Assembly: GCF_040938485.1 (NCBI RefSeq)
Contig: NW_027272282.1
Span: 682,001 to 746,000 of the forward strand
Direction: 5' to 3'
From: Diadema antillarum
Lineage: Eukaryota
DNA: 64,000 nt
The translations under genes were made by a program, and so were the position numbers. The notes below the pieces were generated by a model. That model worked only from the letters and a program-made list of their open reading frames with translations, was not told the origin of the DNA and made no database searches. Shown here in pieces: positions 35,710 through 49,002 of the stretch; within the stretch, counting starts at the first letter, position 1; the number at the start of each line of letters is the position of its first letter.

Positions 35710-38700
35710 ATGGCATCAAAGCTACTGTCTGGCCTCCTCTGTTTATCCAGGACCTCTTGTTCTTCTCTCAGAACATCAATTAGGCCACATGCAGGCGTCA
35801 TAAGCAGGTAAGTTTCTTCAGCTCAGCGACAACTCTTCTGAGACTTCCCAAATGTTTTCGTGTTGAGATTGCGTGTGTGTATGGTAGATGGTAATGTCAG
35901 CGGACAGGCTGTGCATGCACACACACACACTTGCCTCGGAGAGCAGCAGGAGCAGCTAGAGCCTTGCCCTTGGTAGCAGGGCTGGCTGGGCTTCGCAGCC
36001 AGGCCAGCTCCAGGGTCCTATTTTGTAATGTAAGTTTAGAGGTGTAAAATTTAATTATTAAAGCTAGAGCTGCCTACATCAAGCTTTGCAACATTTAGAT
36101 TATTTTGTATGTTTGTCCTTGTGAGCAAAAGAAAGCACACTAACATATTAGTAGAACGTCTAACAAGAAACAGACACAGAGCTGCAGCTGTGAGCAGAGA
36201 ATAAAATTATAAAAATCAAGACTTTTTACTCTCGACTCGGTTGTAAAATTAAACTTTACCCCTTTCAGTGCAGCTTTATCATTAGTTATTAAGATTAGAA
36301 AAAAGACAGCTAGTGCAAAATTGCTTTCTTTATTCTAGAGTAAACAACCCATCGTTCGGTCACTTCCGTGATTCGGTCACATGCCTGCATCTGAGTCTCG
36401 CTAGAAACTCATGAATAAACATGAGAAGTCTCAGTGCAGACAGTGGGCTATTTGAATGTTGAAGTCCTTGACTAAAATTACCGCCACGGTAGAGGGGTAT
36501 ACATACCTTTTTGTTCCCCAGAACTGCCTGCAAAATCATCCTCTCACCGCTTGAAAGGCCATTTCCGGGGTTTCTTAACAGGCGAGTTTAGAATTAGAGC
36601 CTTTGGTAGACCTACCATGTGGTGAGTTGTTATGTAAATTGCGTAAAATTACATATGTATGAGAGAGCAAAGATTTTGGTCTTCACTCTACTGCGGCTAG
36701 ATTTCAAATGGCCGACTGTGGTTGAAGCTATTTGAAAAAAGGTAACCCATGCCCTTATGAGGTCGCTCGACTATGATTCGGTCAGGCGATCCACCTGACC
36801 ACTTGTGAGCGCTCGTTTGGATTGCAAGTGCGCCATCACTTGGTTAGTTTAGCAACATGTTACACACGATCATGCACGAGAAGACAAGTACGAGACAAGT
36901 AACTAGTGAGTGTTTCTAATCAGTTGTCTTTACCCATTTCAAAAGTAGGTTCCTACAAATTTAGATCAGCATTAGTTAAAGTAGTATTTTGCGAAGGAGA
37001 TTGTGGAATTTGGTTACTTATTTTTTCCAAGAAGTATTAACAAACTACACAGAAATCTACAGACTGAATCACGGTACTGCGCGTGACCGAACGAAGGCAG
37101 GCGCGACCGAATCATGGCTTAAAAAGAGGTCGTCGGGAATCGCAAAATCCCAATATATTCTGTAAGAATGAGAATAATTTAGTATAAGAAAAGAATAAAG
37201 TACAATATTTCATTCTAGATAAGCAAGAAATTACTTCATAACCATTCAGAATTTGGCCGATATCGCTAATAGCCCCTTAAGTGACCGAATCATGGCATGT
37301 TTACACTACTAGTTCTAGAATCAAGTATACATTAATAATGTTAGTAGTCTATTTAGTATTACTTGGTACGTAGTAGCTGATATTATTAGTGATAACAACC
37401 TTGAACGGTGTTAAAGATACAAATATTACAATTGATCTCCTACATAAGACGACAGAAACCCCACCACCTGTACCTGCCAAATGTTGTGAATGCCTGAATT
37501 GCATCCATGCATTTTATAAGCTACCAGGAGTATACTGTAAGATTCGCAAAATTAGAATGCACATGAAAGTTCTTGTAATATGCATTGAATGTGAAAGAGG
37601 CAACTCACGAAAATTTCATGCTGGGAAAAAGGCCGCCAGCTCCACTTCGTGAAAATTTCATGCCACGAAAAATAACATGTTTTACAGTAAAAACAACAGC
37701 CCACACTGTGTGAAGGAGCGCCATGGGGTTAACAAGGGTAGGGACGGAACCTAGGTTAGTGTAAAGTGGTATGGAAAAATATGTGGGGGAGGGGCTGGGA
37801 GACATTGGGAACTCCTTCCCCAGATTGCAGCTGCTATCATCTATGATCTAGCTGCCCACCTGTAATGTGAAGCTACAATATGTAGCTTGCAGTAGGTCTA
37901 CCCATCTAGGCCTGTATGAAAATGATATCGATATGGTGGCCACATTAAAATGCAAATAAATGCCTTGATCTTACTAATTATATCAATAATTTAGTATGGG
38001 TAGCATCAACAGGAGCTGCAGTAGTACTAGTAGCCAGGTTGGGCCCTGTCTGTTAGAATGATAAATTTACATATAACACATATAAAATAATAACTTTTCT
38101 TTCTGCCAAATCTTCTATGTTTCAGGTGATCGCGATTCAGATCATATGATACTGTAAACGTGGAAATTTTCGCGGTACATTAATTTTCGCGGATTTCGCG
38201 CTACGCTCGGCTAGCGCGAATTCAAAAACGCGCTAATATATCTTCACAATTTTCTACGCACATTTTGAACGGGATGAATTGTGTGCGCTTCATCGATGAT
38301 ACTGCTACGTAGTACAATGTACAGGCATGTAATTTACACTACTAGTACTGTGCGAAGAGACGATACCCTAGATTGCTGTGTACTGTAGCATGCATGTGTG
38401 CACCGCACGCATCGATGCTACAGTCCCCCGTGACTACGGTACTAGAGTCACAGCTGTACTACAATGTACGTATTTGAGTGCTTGTACTTGCAGTCGAGCC
38501 GCTCGCTACGTCGCTTGTCGTACGCTGGCATAGCAAGCTATGTAGCAGAGGCTTTGGATGAAAGCAGTGAATGTGTACTACAGTAAAGTAACCTGCTGCG
38601 GAGCGCGAATTTAAGAACCCGCGAATACGTTTTCGAGCCGCTCAGCGCGAAAAATTAATCGCGCGAAAATATTGACGTTTACAGTATTACAATATACAGC

Positions 38701-41700
38701 TGTACACACATACAACCTGTGGATATACCTTACTGTAGTACAGCATCTAATCATTACATCTTACCTCTGTGTTCTTATGTGTGCAGGAGATGTACAAGTA
38801 TTGTACACCTATATTAGGACCTTCAGATGTTATGATAAAATCAAATTAGCTGACAACCTGTCTTTAGTCACCACTTGGGTGTAATAACCACTTTTTGTTT
38901 CACTTGGGTGTTTGTTATTGTTGTTTATTCTCTTTCTCTATTTCTTGTATGACATATAGGGGTTATGCAAATGGCGAAGGTGAAGGTTGGTTGTCCAAAT
39001 TGCTGCATGTGAAGAGAGTGGAGCCACCAAAGGATTCACATTCAAGGAGTCTCACAAATAAAGATCTCGTCTTTGAAATGCAAGGTAAAGTATTGAAAAC
39101 CAGCATTGTCTGCATAGAAGGGCTGTGTAACATTGTGTAATATTGGGATCTGTGCAAGCCTAAACATACTACTTACAACTTAGGTTCGTTTAATTAACTG
39201 TCAAAATAAAACAAACTTGCAAACCGGGAAAGTAAATGAAGAGAATTGCAAGGTTAACATTATTCCTGCCCCAGCTCAGAAATTTTTTGGCCAGAAAATT
39301 TTTATAATTTATCTTTTATCTAGGATGTATCCTAAATTGACAACATGAAGAGTTTACATTTGGAAACGAGACACAGCTGTTTCATCGAATGAGTAGTATT
39401 CAGTGCCTTATTGTGTACTTAACTGTGGTTTTTCTCACAGGAACATACATTGTTGATAATGACAGTACTTGAAAATTAAAAGGTAAGAGTGTTTGGCTTG
39501 AAATGGTATTTTCCTTTTAAGAAACAGAAGTGGTGCCCCTGAGAAAGATGATTATGTGATGATGGTTTATTTTTGAATTAGATATGTGATGCTTTCACAT
39601 TTGATTTACAATGTTCTTGTATTTGTTCAAGTGAAATACTAGTAGCAAAGAAACATTTTTGTCATTTTCACAGTGCACAACATCAAGCCAGACTGTATGG
39701 GCGACTACATCAAGCTTTCGTAAGTTGTACAGAGAGCTTACAGTTTTGACTCTGATTTTCAATTAACCACTTTGTGAAAAAGCTTCTGAAGGTACAAATT
39801 TACACCACGCTTCATCTCGACAGTTTTGATTATAAATGTAAACTTCATTTTCAAAGCAGTGTAAAGTATGAGGAGGGGATTGAAAAAGATACGTAGAGGT
39901 ATCAGAAGTAATAAAGGCTATTGAACATTGTGATTATGTATGAATTTAAGCGATGCCTACACTAAACGAAAGAATACTTTTGTAGCCTAGACATTTCATT
40001 GATGTCCAAGCTCAGTCATAGAACGGAATAGATGTCAAAATGTGTATTCATTATTAATATCTGTCTCAAGTAGAGTAATTTTCATGGCAAGCATACCCAG
40101 AATCAGGGAAGGAATGCAGATGATTGTTTGTTCTCCCCCAAACAGAGATCATCACTTACGGCGAGTACATGAAAAGTCAGACTACCCCTGTCGGCTGTTT
40201 GGGAGCTGGAGCACAGCATTTGGGCAGCAGGATCAGGCAGGTGAGATGTCCACATCGTTGACGTTGAGCTCAATGTCAAGCTCAAAAACCACCGCGCATT
40301 TACTCTTGAGGAAAGGGCTGTCGACAGATGAAATCTTATCAGATGTTGTTTTGAATTGATTTATAGAAAAAAAGAAAAATGATTCTTGAAACAAGGCTTG
40401 TAATCGGTGGTCATCTGTTGTCTTGGAGACAACAAAGCTTAGTATGGGAGTGGGAAAAAAATAGTATGGTAGTCTGATTTAGAACCCCATGTTTTAATCT
40501 CATTTGGAAACTTTGTAAATAGGAAAGAAATAGTTGGATCACTCCACCTTTCTTCATTGTCGAACTTTTCACACAGAAATCTGATCCATTTTGCCCTAAT
40601 TCTTTATAATAGCTCTCTATTGTCATGTACCCCTTTCATCTATGTTTGCATGCCAACTGCCTAAGATTTCTTTCATTTTCACACAAATTTGCATGATCTC
40701 ATGATTATGTAATCAGTGTTGCTCCTTTTTAGAAGGCACAGAGGAAGATGCTAACCCAAGTTGAAAGCCTCAATGTAATTATTTCCAGCCTTGAATCTGA
40801 AAATACCTGCCCCAAGAGAGTTATCGCTTGCCAGTCATACCTACTTACATAGTTATCAAAAATGGTCACACAGAATATGTTTGCAATGGATGTGTGTTCC
40901 TGCTGCATTTCAGACTGAATATATATAGCAAAAGGGTAGCAACTCCATAGACATATGATAGTAAAACCCTTCTGCTTCTCAACAAGTACCATTGCCTTAT
41001 CGTTATGGCTTCATCTGTATTTCTTGCAGTGCACATTTGGGTCTACCAGGGTTTCGATGAAGTCAAACAGATGTCAGAGCTTCTATGGGAAGACCAGGTA
41101 GAGAAAAAAAATTTGAAGTTTGCATACTTCTTGTGATTTCCACTGTCAGCTATGGGCATTGTTCATAAGCTCTTGAAATGTTTCATAAGATCAATTCCAT
41201 TCATTACATAATTGTCTGTACCCTAGTTGTCTAGTTGTTGTTTTTTCATTTTGCTGATGTCTTTTCTTTGTTCTTTGTTTTTTTGTTTCTGATGGCAAAG
41301 GAAGCTGAATTGAACTGAACTATCAAACACTTCTTAAGGACTCAATGTATTCGGTGTTGAGCTTTAAGCAGCCATGTAATTTCAAGTAATTAGTAGCCGC
41401 ATAAAAAATTAAATAGGGACAGCTAGGTTTTGAGTTGAGATGTTAGATGTAGTTGAATAACATTTGGCTTTTTATGACTTGCATGCTTGTACTGCTGGAT
41501 ATTATACTGTCCCCCAAACCAGCTTGTTCGTATGGGCAGACGAGCTACAAGTGCCCAATTAGCCAAATGAAAGTATGCTCAGTCCACTTTTACAACTGAT
41601 GTATAATCAATCAAATATTTGAGAATCATATATTAAACGCTATAGAATCTTCAGCTGTAAGAGCACTCTTTATCATTATGATCACGCAAGTAGAAATGGC

Positions 41701-44700
41701 AGAAATGTCATTCCTGGTATTGAATGATTATAGCGGTCACTCCCGTTCAGGTTCTTTAAACCAGGGAAACCTTGATTGTACAGTCTCTGCCACATTTTGT
41801 AAAATTCAGCCCTCATTCTGAATGTTTTTGCTATGCATTATGTTTGATGATTGGTAGAAATTGGCAGCCCTGCTAGTGTTATCGTCTTTTTCTTGTATCC
41901 GTCTCTCGTTGATGCAATGTCTGACGATCAAATCAGCATTACTTGGAATACAAGAAGCTGCGTGGTGAGATGCTGGTTGGGAGGAGTAACCAGCTCCTGA
42001 TGCCCTTCTCCTTCTGGGGCGACCCTCAGCCGCGGGATCCCGGCAACCTTTACGAGATCAGGAGCTATCACCTAAGGGTAGGTGGACATTTCACAAGCTA
42101 TGCTTTTCTTGTGAATTCCTCTTTTCCATTAGAGTTACAAAAACGATTGTAGTGCTTACTTGTTTATTTATCTGAATACCAAAGTTGATATCATTATGAT
42201 ATTATATCCATGTTTTGTTGAAACTTATGTGATTCAAAGTTCCTTAAGATATTATGTACTTGTGTAAGCCTTACGTATATTGCATTGTATTACTTTATAT
42301 GGGAATAAAATCATTTGATTTGAATTGGATTGAATAATAAGACTTGGCTCATGCCCCGACAGTCTCACTATGTGGGCTGTCAAAGATGACCATTTGTTGT
42401 TGTTATTTTTCAAGCTTTATCACTCATTGTTGCAGGTCTCTGCATCTCTTGACACATTCTCTGATTTTGATGTGATCCAGATTCAAAGTGCAGTGATATG
42501 TAATCTCCAGCAATGCAACTAAAACTAAAAATGAGACAAATTGAATAACCACATTCCACTTGTTTAAGTGAGGAAGAGAAAATACATGTAATAGTTCACA
42601 AGCCTTATATGGCCTATGATTATGAGGTTGATGTTAACTTGTCTGAGTATCGATAATAAATTTAGGGGGAAATATCTTAGGCATCTTCAAATTTATTGCA
42701 AAGGCTTTGCTAGATTTTTAATTATAGAAGAAGCGTGATCTTAGGGTATTTGTAGGAGTATTGAATCGTGCACTGTGCAGATACAGATACAGATACAGAT
42801 ACAGATATTTTATTAGTCTTTCTTCCAACAAAAAAGATAATCATTTTCCAGGTGAAAAAATACAATACAAATTATACAAAGTACACTGTATACATAATAC
42901 AGACATGAAAATATAACTACAGCAATATAACTTAGCAGTCGCACATAATAGACAATCCACATAAATTAAAACACAATTAAAAAATCTTCACAATCATAAT
43001 ACAGAGTAACCAGGAAGAGAGACTAATAGGAGATAGAAAGACAGAGAGAGAAAGAAATAAGAAAGAGAGTGAGGGAGAAAGAAAAAAGGGAGACACCCAA
43101 CTAGAAGTGGTAAAAAGAAAGGAAAAGTCTGATATAAAAGGACATCATTTATGCACTGCACTGTGTTTAAATTAAATTTCAAGAAAGAAATACATATACA
43201 AAGACTGCACTGGGAAAGACACAAAGACAACCTGTCGATAGTGCCCTAGTTAAGGACAAGCTGGAATGCAGTGTTCAGGAGTAGCATACCTTCATGTAAC
43301 TTCATGTAACTTCAGATGCGGAATGTCCCACCAGGTGCAGGCCAGGCAGTGACCATGCCAACCGAATCATGCAAATTCGTGTAGTTAGCACGATCAACGC
43401 CCGGCACACTCCAGGCGAGACAATCCGCATCTACTCAATTTACCATGGTCTTGTGTAAGTGTGCTTAATGCACGTGAGGTTAAAACAAATCGAGTGGTAA
43501 AAATAAATAAATATAACCAAACGTCTTCATTATATCAAATGATACGAGGCGAGAAGTAAAGATGAGAGGGGAATGAGGGGGAAAGAAAGAAGAGGAAGAA
43601 AGAAAAAAAAAAGAGAGAGAGAAAGCAAGAAAAAGAAAAAAAAGAAGAAAAGAGAAAGAGAAAGAAATGCATATGCTGGTAGAGAGACTACATGTACCCT
43701 ATTGTTTCCCCATCAATAACAAATTAAATAACATATTATAATACATATAAACAAATTTAAATAGCATCTTATGATACATATAAATCCCTAAACACAATTC
43801 ATGTGTCAAATCTACAGACGCCTAAGAAAAGATTTAAGAAAGTGACTACGGTCGAAACCAAACAGCTCCAACTGACTCAGTGTCGCTGAGTACTATTGAA
43901 CATGTATATTGCACATGAAATAAAAAATTCTTCTTTGTAATATCTACTGATACAAAAAAGAAGGTAGGGGAAGGGGGAGGGAGAAAAGAAAAAGAAAAGA
44001 AAGAAAGAAAGAAAGAAGAACAGTTAAAGAAATGTTGAAAAGGAAAAAAAAAAAGATAGCAAGAAAAGAGAGAAAATGCATATGCTAGAAAAGAACTACA
44101 TGCTTTCCCCATCAATAACAAATCTAAATGCATACATGAAGTATATAAATTCCTAACATAATTCTTCACAGATAGTTACATTGGATATCAGTTTCATAAG
44201 GTTCATATGTCAGTCTACAGACTCATAATAAAAAAGACTGGAACAGCAAAGACCGAACAGTCACTGACTCAGCGTCGCTGTAAACTATTGAATAAGTGTA
44301 TTGCACATGGAATGAAAGTTTTCCGAAAACGTTCTGTTCTAACACATATCTGACGTGCTCGACCAGACTCATTTAAAATCACTAGAGGATTTAGTGGGTG
44401 TAAAGAATCCTTCAATAATTTTTGAAAGTGAGTCAGAAGCCGTTCATCTGCCAAATTACTGAGACATTCTACATCTTCACCTATTATTTTCCCAGCAGTC
44501 TTTGTAATCCTCTCAAGCCTTAACCTATCCTGTACCCTCAGAGAGTTAAACCAGATAACACAACAATATGTGATCACAGATTGAATTACTGAGCTGTAAA
44601 ACAGTCTCATGATATCTCTACTCACATTGAACTTGTTCATTTTCCTAAGAAAGAGAGTTTAATTGTTCCCAGTAATTTGATTTATTCATATGGCAGTGGA

Positions 44701-47700
44701 TACTTGCTATGATTGAATCCTTGGGACCAGTGTGAAATCACTTTGTTATCAAAATGTTATTTTATCATCGTTCAAAAGAAAAAAAAAGAAGAGATGAAAT
44801 TAAACTTTGAATTAAGAGCCTAAAATAGATGATGTGTCATGATGAAAGTTATATCAGCTTTCTTTACAAAATTCCTCTTAACTTGCAAATACCCATCGTA
44901 AAGGCATCCTCTACAGCTTCAAAACTTGCTTCAGGCTTGCCTAACATACCAATAAATCACACTTAAGACCAACCACCAAACATTGGAAAGGAATAGAGTG
45001 GTACCAGCACCTTAAATGGTTAAGTAGACATTTAAGGCATAGTTACGTGTATCTGCTAATCTTGCTTGTTGTGAAACTTGCTTATTCACAAAGCAAATTG
45101 TTTTTTCTTTTCTATGTGCAGCCTGGAACACTAATTGAGTGGGCAAACAACTGGTAAGTATAACACTTAAAATTCAGGGCAATCTCTTGCACTGATTGGT
45201 TATGTTTGAATGTATATGAGTATGACAAAGTTGACAAGTCACTAGCATAGAACATAAATATGAACAAAGATCACAGTCATTTGGGAGTTGAAATTTACAC
45301 TAAGAGATACTAGCTTGGTATGATTTATGAAGATATCTAATTTGCCAAAACATTGTTAACAAAGACTGCTTGTTGGTGATCATACAGACAAGCAAAGTTT
45401 TTAGAAGAAAAATTTAATGGTTTCTCTTAAAACCAATTATGACTTTTACTTGAAAACTCTTGAAATATGACTTCATTTCACCAGGAACAGATTTGTGAAG
45501 GGGAAAAATCTTGGTTTCACCCATGAGCTCATTCTTAAATTGATCCTAGACAAGGTATATACATTTGGAGTTCTTCCAATGCTTTTGAAGGCATTTGGAA
45601 AGTCCTGACACAGAGCTACTCGCCAGCTATGATTGCTGTCAAAATTTGTGCAAGCAAACTAATAGATGAGATTTACAAGTCGATGTTCACCTGCTCTAAG
45701 CTCCAAAAATAACAGTTGAGGATAATTAAAGGACAAGTTCACCTTCCTAAGCATAAGGATTGAGAAAATGTAGCAATATTAGCAGAACACATCATTGAAA
45801 GTTTGAGGAAAATCGGACAATCCGTTCAAAAGTTATGATTTTTTTAAGTTCTTGTGCAGTAACCGCTGAATGAGAAGACTACTGCAGTGTACGATGTCAC
45901 ATGGGTACAACGATATAAGGAAAATAAAAAGAGAATTTCACAACATCTTTTGAAAAAAGTACACATTCCCTTGACTCGTTACCAACATATGTTATGGGTA
46001 ATATTATTCCTCCTACCTTTAGAAAGAGGCAAGTCAAATGCTCTTTTGTTATGCGAAAAAAATGAAAATATGTTGATTTTTTTAAAACATTTTTTTATAC
46101 TGTTGTACTCATATGACATCACAAGCTGTAGTAGTCTCCTCGTCCAGCAGTTCCAACACAAAAATTTTAAAAATTCATAACTTTTGCATCAATCGTCCAT
46201 TTTTCCTCAAACTTTCACTGATGTGTTCTACTGATATTGCTGCATTCTCTCAATCCTTATGTTTATGAAGGTGAACTTGTCCTTTAACAAGACAGAATAA
46301 TATAACTGATATTAGGGTTGCTAAGAATTGTCACATGGGCTTATTTTATTTCTTCTTTTAAGGGCCAAAGGCATCAACTACAGAAGAGAACAGAATGAGT
46401 CGGTGCTGGGCCTCTTCACACAGATCGGTGATCTCTACTTAGTGCACCATATCTGGGGTAAGATTATTGAGTGGGACAAGTGTTGTGGAATGTACTCTCA
46501 TAGCATAGCATCAGACATATCATGTTCTTCATCAGTGAAACATGACTCATGATGATAATGGAGGTGAGAATGACTATGAAGAAGGAGAAGAAACACAGGA
46601 ATGGGACGAAAAAAAATGAAGAAAGGAGGATATGGAGGAAGAGGAGGAGGAGGTGGTGNNNNNNNNNNNNNNNNNNNNNNNNNNNNNNNNNNNNNNNNNN
46701 NNNNNNNNNNNNNNNNNNNNNNNNNNNNNNNNNNNNNNNNNNNNNNNNNNNNNNNNNNNNNNNNNNNNNNNNNNNNNNNNNNNNNNNNNAACACTGCTGT
46801 GATATGAAATATATACAACTGTTGATTTATTCTACAAATTCATGAAACTCATTTGTCTGTTTATTCGTTTGCATGATTATGTCTGTGCAGCCATCATGTC
46901 AGCTGTTCTTCAACAAATAGTTCATGTCCTCAGATGTTATATTGTTTATATTTCACCATGGCTGAAACTGCAAAACCATTATGCTCTGGTTAAACCAGTC
47001 TCACGGTCTTAACCGTTAGTTATCATGTTCAGACAAAGCTTCGTTGTTTTTCATTTGCTCTGCAGCTTACAAGGACCTGCAGACGAGGAAAGAGATTCGT
47101 GATGCAGCGTGGAGAAAGCCTGGATGGGATGACTGTGTTGCATATACAGGTGAGCATACATCACCATGACACCAATTCATTGGTTTGTTCTATATTGTTT
47201 TGTTTAAAACCCGTTGGATTCCATTAATCCAGCCCTATGTTTAGGAGGGGTCTAGGGCAATTATCCCATGGGCAATTACTCCAGACCCTTCCCCTGACCC
47301 TAACCCTAATCCTAACCCTAAACCAAACTCCAAACCCTAACCTTAATCTTTACTCTAACGTTATCGCTAACAAGTAATTTGCCGGGGGTATTGCCCTCGG
47401 GGGTATTGGCCTGATACGATATGGAAGCCCTCAGTACAATGTGTTGTCACATTATCCAGGCAAGAATGAGATTTTATCTGTTACAGACATTTTGTTTCCA
47501 TTGATAATGCCATGTAATGTAAGATCACATTTCATCCCATCTGTACTACAAGAAGTGATTAATGTTCCAAGAAGAATAAGAAGAAGAAATAATAAGTGTG
47601 TGTATATATATAATATATATTATAACTATAGAAAGCAATTTGATATAAAAGATTTTGATGTTGGCAAGATTTTCTGCTATTGCCTGGCTCAATATGATTA

Positions 47701-47849
47701 TGGTTTGGTTCCATGGATGGTGTTCTTTGTGTCAGTCCTAATCTTTGCTTTTGTTGTTTCTACTTTTACTACTTACTTCCGCAGTTCCACTGATTCGACG
47801 AATGGAAACCAAGATCATGATTCCGCTGCCGTGCTCCCCGCTGAAGTAG
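35710..47849 (+). CDS. NIPSNAP: Protein NipSnap homolog (NIPSNAP1/2-like, mitochondrial), 10 exons, 282 aa
   Basis: Exons: 35710-35807, 38960-39084, 39674-39719, 40146-40240, 41030-41097, 41937-42077, 45122-45153, 46363-46457, 47066-47149, 47785-47849; all GT-AG, 849 nt in frame. Basic Ser/Leu/Arg N-terminal presequence; motifs [87 protein letters not shown]. Confidence 0.95.
37533..37689. mobile_element. ACTGTA-family MITE (internally deleted)
   Basis: TACTGTAAG...GTTTTACAGTA; interior shared with the 22820 and 29090 copies. Confidence 0.65.
38150..38686. mobile_element. ACTGTA-family MITE, long CpG-rich member
   Basis: TIR TACTGTAAACGTGGAAATTTTCGCG / CGCGAAAATATTGACGTTTACAGTA, with TA at both ends. 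Confidence 0.75.
42778..44655 (-). mobile_element. Rex1/Babar-type LINE 3' end(s), antisense in NIPSNAP intron 6
   Basis: ORF 44640-44269 '[11 protein letters not shown]...[18 protein letters not shown]...[13 protein letters not shown]...HPL...SGR...[18 protein letters not shown]' matches the Rex1 RT C-terminal (DUF1891-type) region. (TATCTG)n tail at 42778-42807 preceded by AATAAA on the minus strand. Confidence 0.85.
45730..46283. mobile_element. Kolobok-like MITE
   Basis: TTAA on both flanks (45726-29, 46284-87); AG..CT termini; long TIR AGGACAAGTTCACCTTC...AAGTTTGAGGAAAAT.GGAC...AAAAGTTATGA of about 115 bp. Confidence 0.85.
46659..46789. other. N block (131 nt)
   Basis: Run of N following a (GAG)n tract. 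Confidence 0.99.
47255..47410. repeat. Repeat element carrying degenerate telomere-like (CCCTAA)n, with GGGCAATTA(T/C)CC / GGGGGTATTGCC ends
   Basis: CCCTAACCCTAATCCTAACCCTAAACC at about 47298-47345 between paired inverted motifs. Confidence 0.6.
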
Positions 47850-48682
47850 TTAGGGTGGTTTGGGTAATTTCACACTCAATATTTTAGTTTTGGTCTGGAA
47901 TACTGTAGCAAAGTGAGTTGGCTGCTATGTGAATGTGAGTGCTGTAATTTCCCCCAAACCTTGCCAGTTTGAAGATTCATGATTCGGAAGTATGATGTCA
48001 TAATTCAAACGAATTTAAAAACACAGACAGCAACAATGACAAATGATGGTCACAACTTCTCAAAGCTGAAAAGAAATTTAGCTCTCATTTTGGCAGTATC
48101 GTTATCTAGTATCATACTGTCGGCAGCTTATATATTTTGATGTCATCAAATTTCTTCCACTATAAGGAATCTCAGAGAGGAACTAAAACAGAGTAATACC
48201 ATCCTTCATGGGTCTCGTCCACTGTTGATTTATGAAATACTCTGGTAGCTGTTTGATATGGAATTTGATTTGGCTGCACACATGGTGAAAGTACTCAAGA
48301 GCATCGCCAAAGTAGAAGCATATGGAAGGTGTGAGGCTACTGCACTATAAAAGGACAACCTTGTCCCCTGTGGGTGTAAAATCCATCAATTTGTGCAGTC
48401 CTCCATTCCCAAAATCTACGGTGTATCTGTTCAACAGTGTATCTTTCCTACAGCCCCTCCCCCCATGGGCGGACTTTCTACTTGAGCAATGTGTGGAAAA
48501 TGCCTGTAGGGGCATGCATAAACTGATGGTTGATGGTGGCCATTTTTTTGTGTGTATGCGTGTCTTCTATATAGTTATTTCCACTTCTTTGAGAAGAATG
48601 CATAATACAGAAGACAGTTGTGTTAGCCAAAAAATTAGGGTTCTCTTGAAATATGTCTGCATGTACTCGTTGAGTGATGGTA

Positions 48683-49002
48683 GGGAGCTGTAGATTTGCG
48701 GCGCGGACGTTTGAGACGACGCTTGAGCTGGACATTCCCCTCTTCCCTGCATCGTGTTGAAAGACAGCTTTAGATTACGCTGAGACGCAACCTATAAAAA
48801 ATTAAAATGGCACCCCCGTATGATCGGTGCATGAAGTAGCTCTCTACGTCGTGAATTAAGTGGACGTAAAAATAGCACAAACGCGTAGTGAAACTCAGAC
48901 GATGCGAGCTATGGATAGATCGACTTTGATACGCGATTCTGCGCATCCTCAGACAAGTTTTTTTCCTTCTGAACATCCCCATCGCGAAAATCTAAAGTTC
49001 CC
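48683..49002. mobile_element. PIF/Harbinger-like MITE, copy 2 (inverted relative to 4857-5162)
   Basis: GGGAGCTGTAGATTTGCGGCGCGGACG...CGCGAAAATCTAAAGTTCCC; collinear with copy 1. Confidence 0.75.

Noticed and set aside
47441-47887. 148-aa + strand ORF with a hydrophobic stretch
   Set aside because: Begins in AT-rich intron and crosses the last NIPSNAP exon in a different frame; the hydrophobic part is the polypyrimidine tract.
48683-49002. CpG-rich segment as a promoter for RNF215
   Set aside because: It is a MITE copy homologous to 4857-5162 and lies 6.6 kb from the first coding exon.
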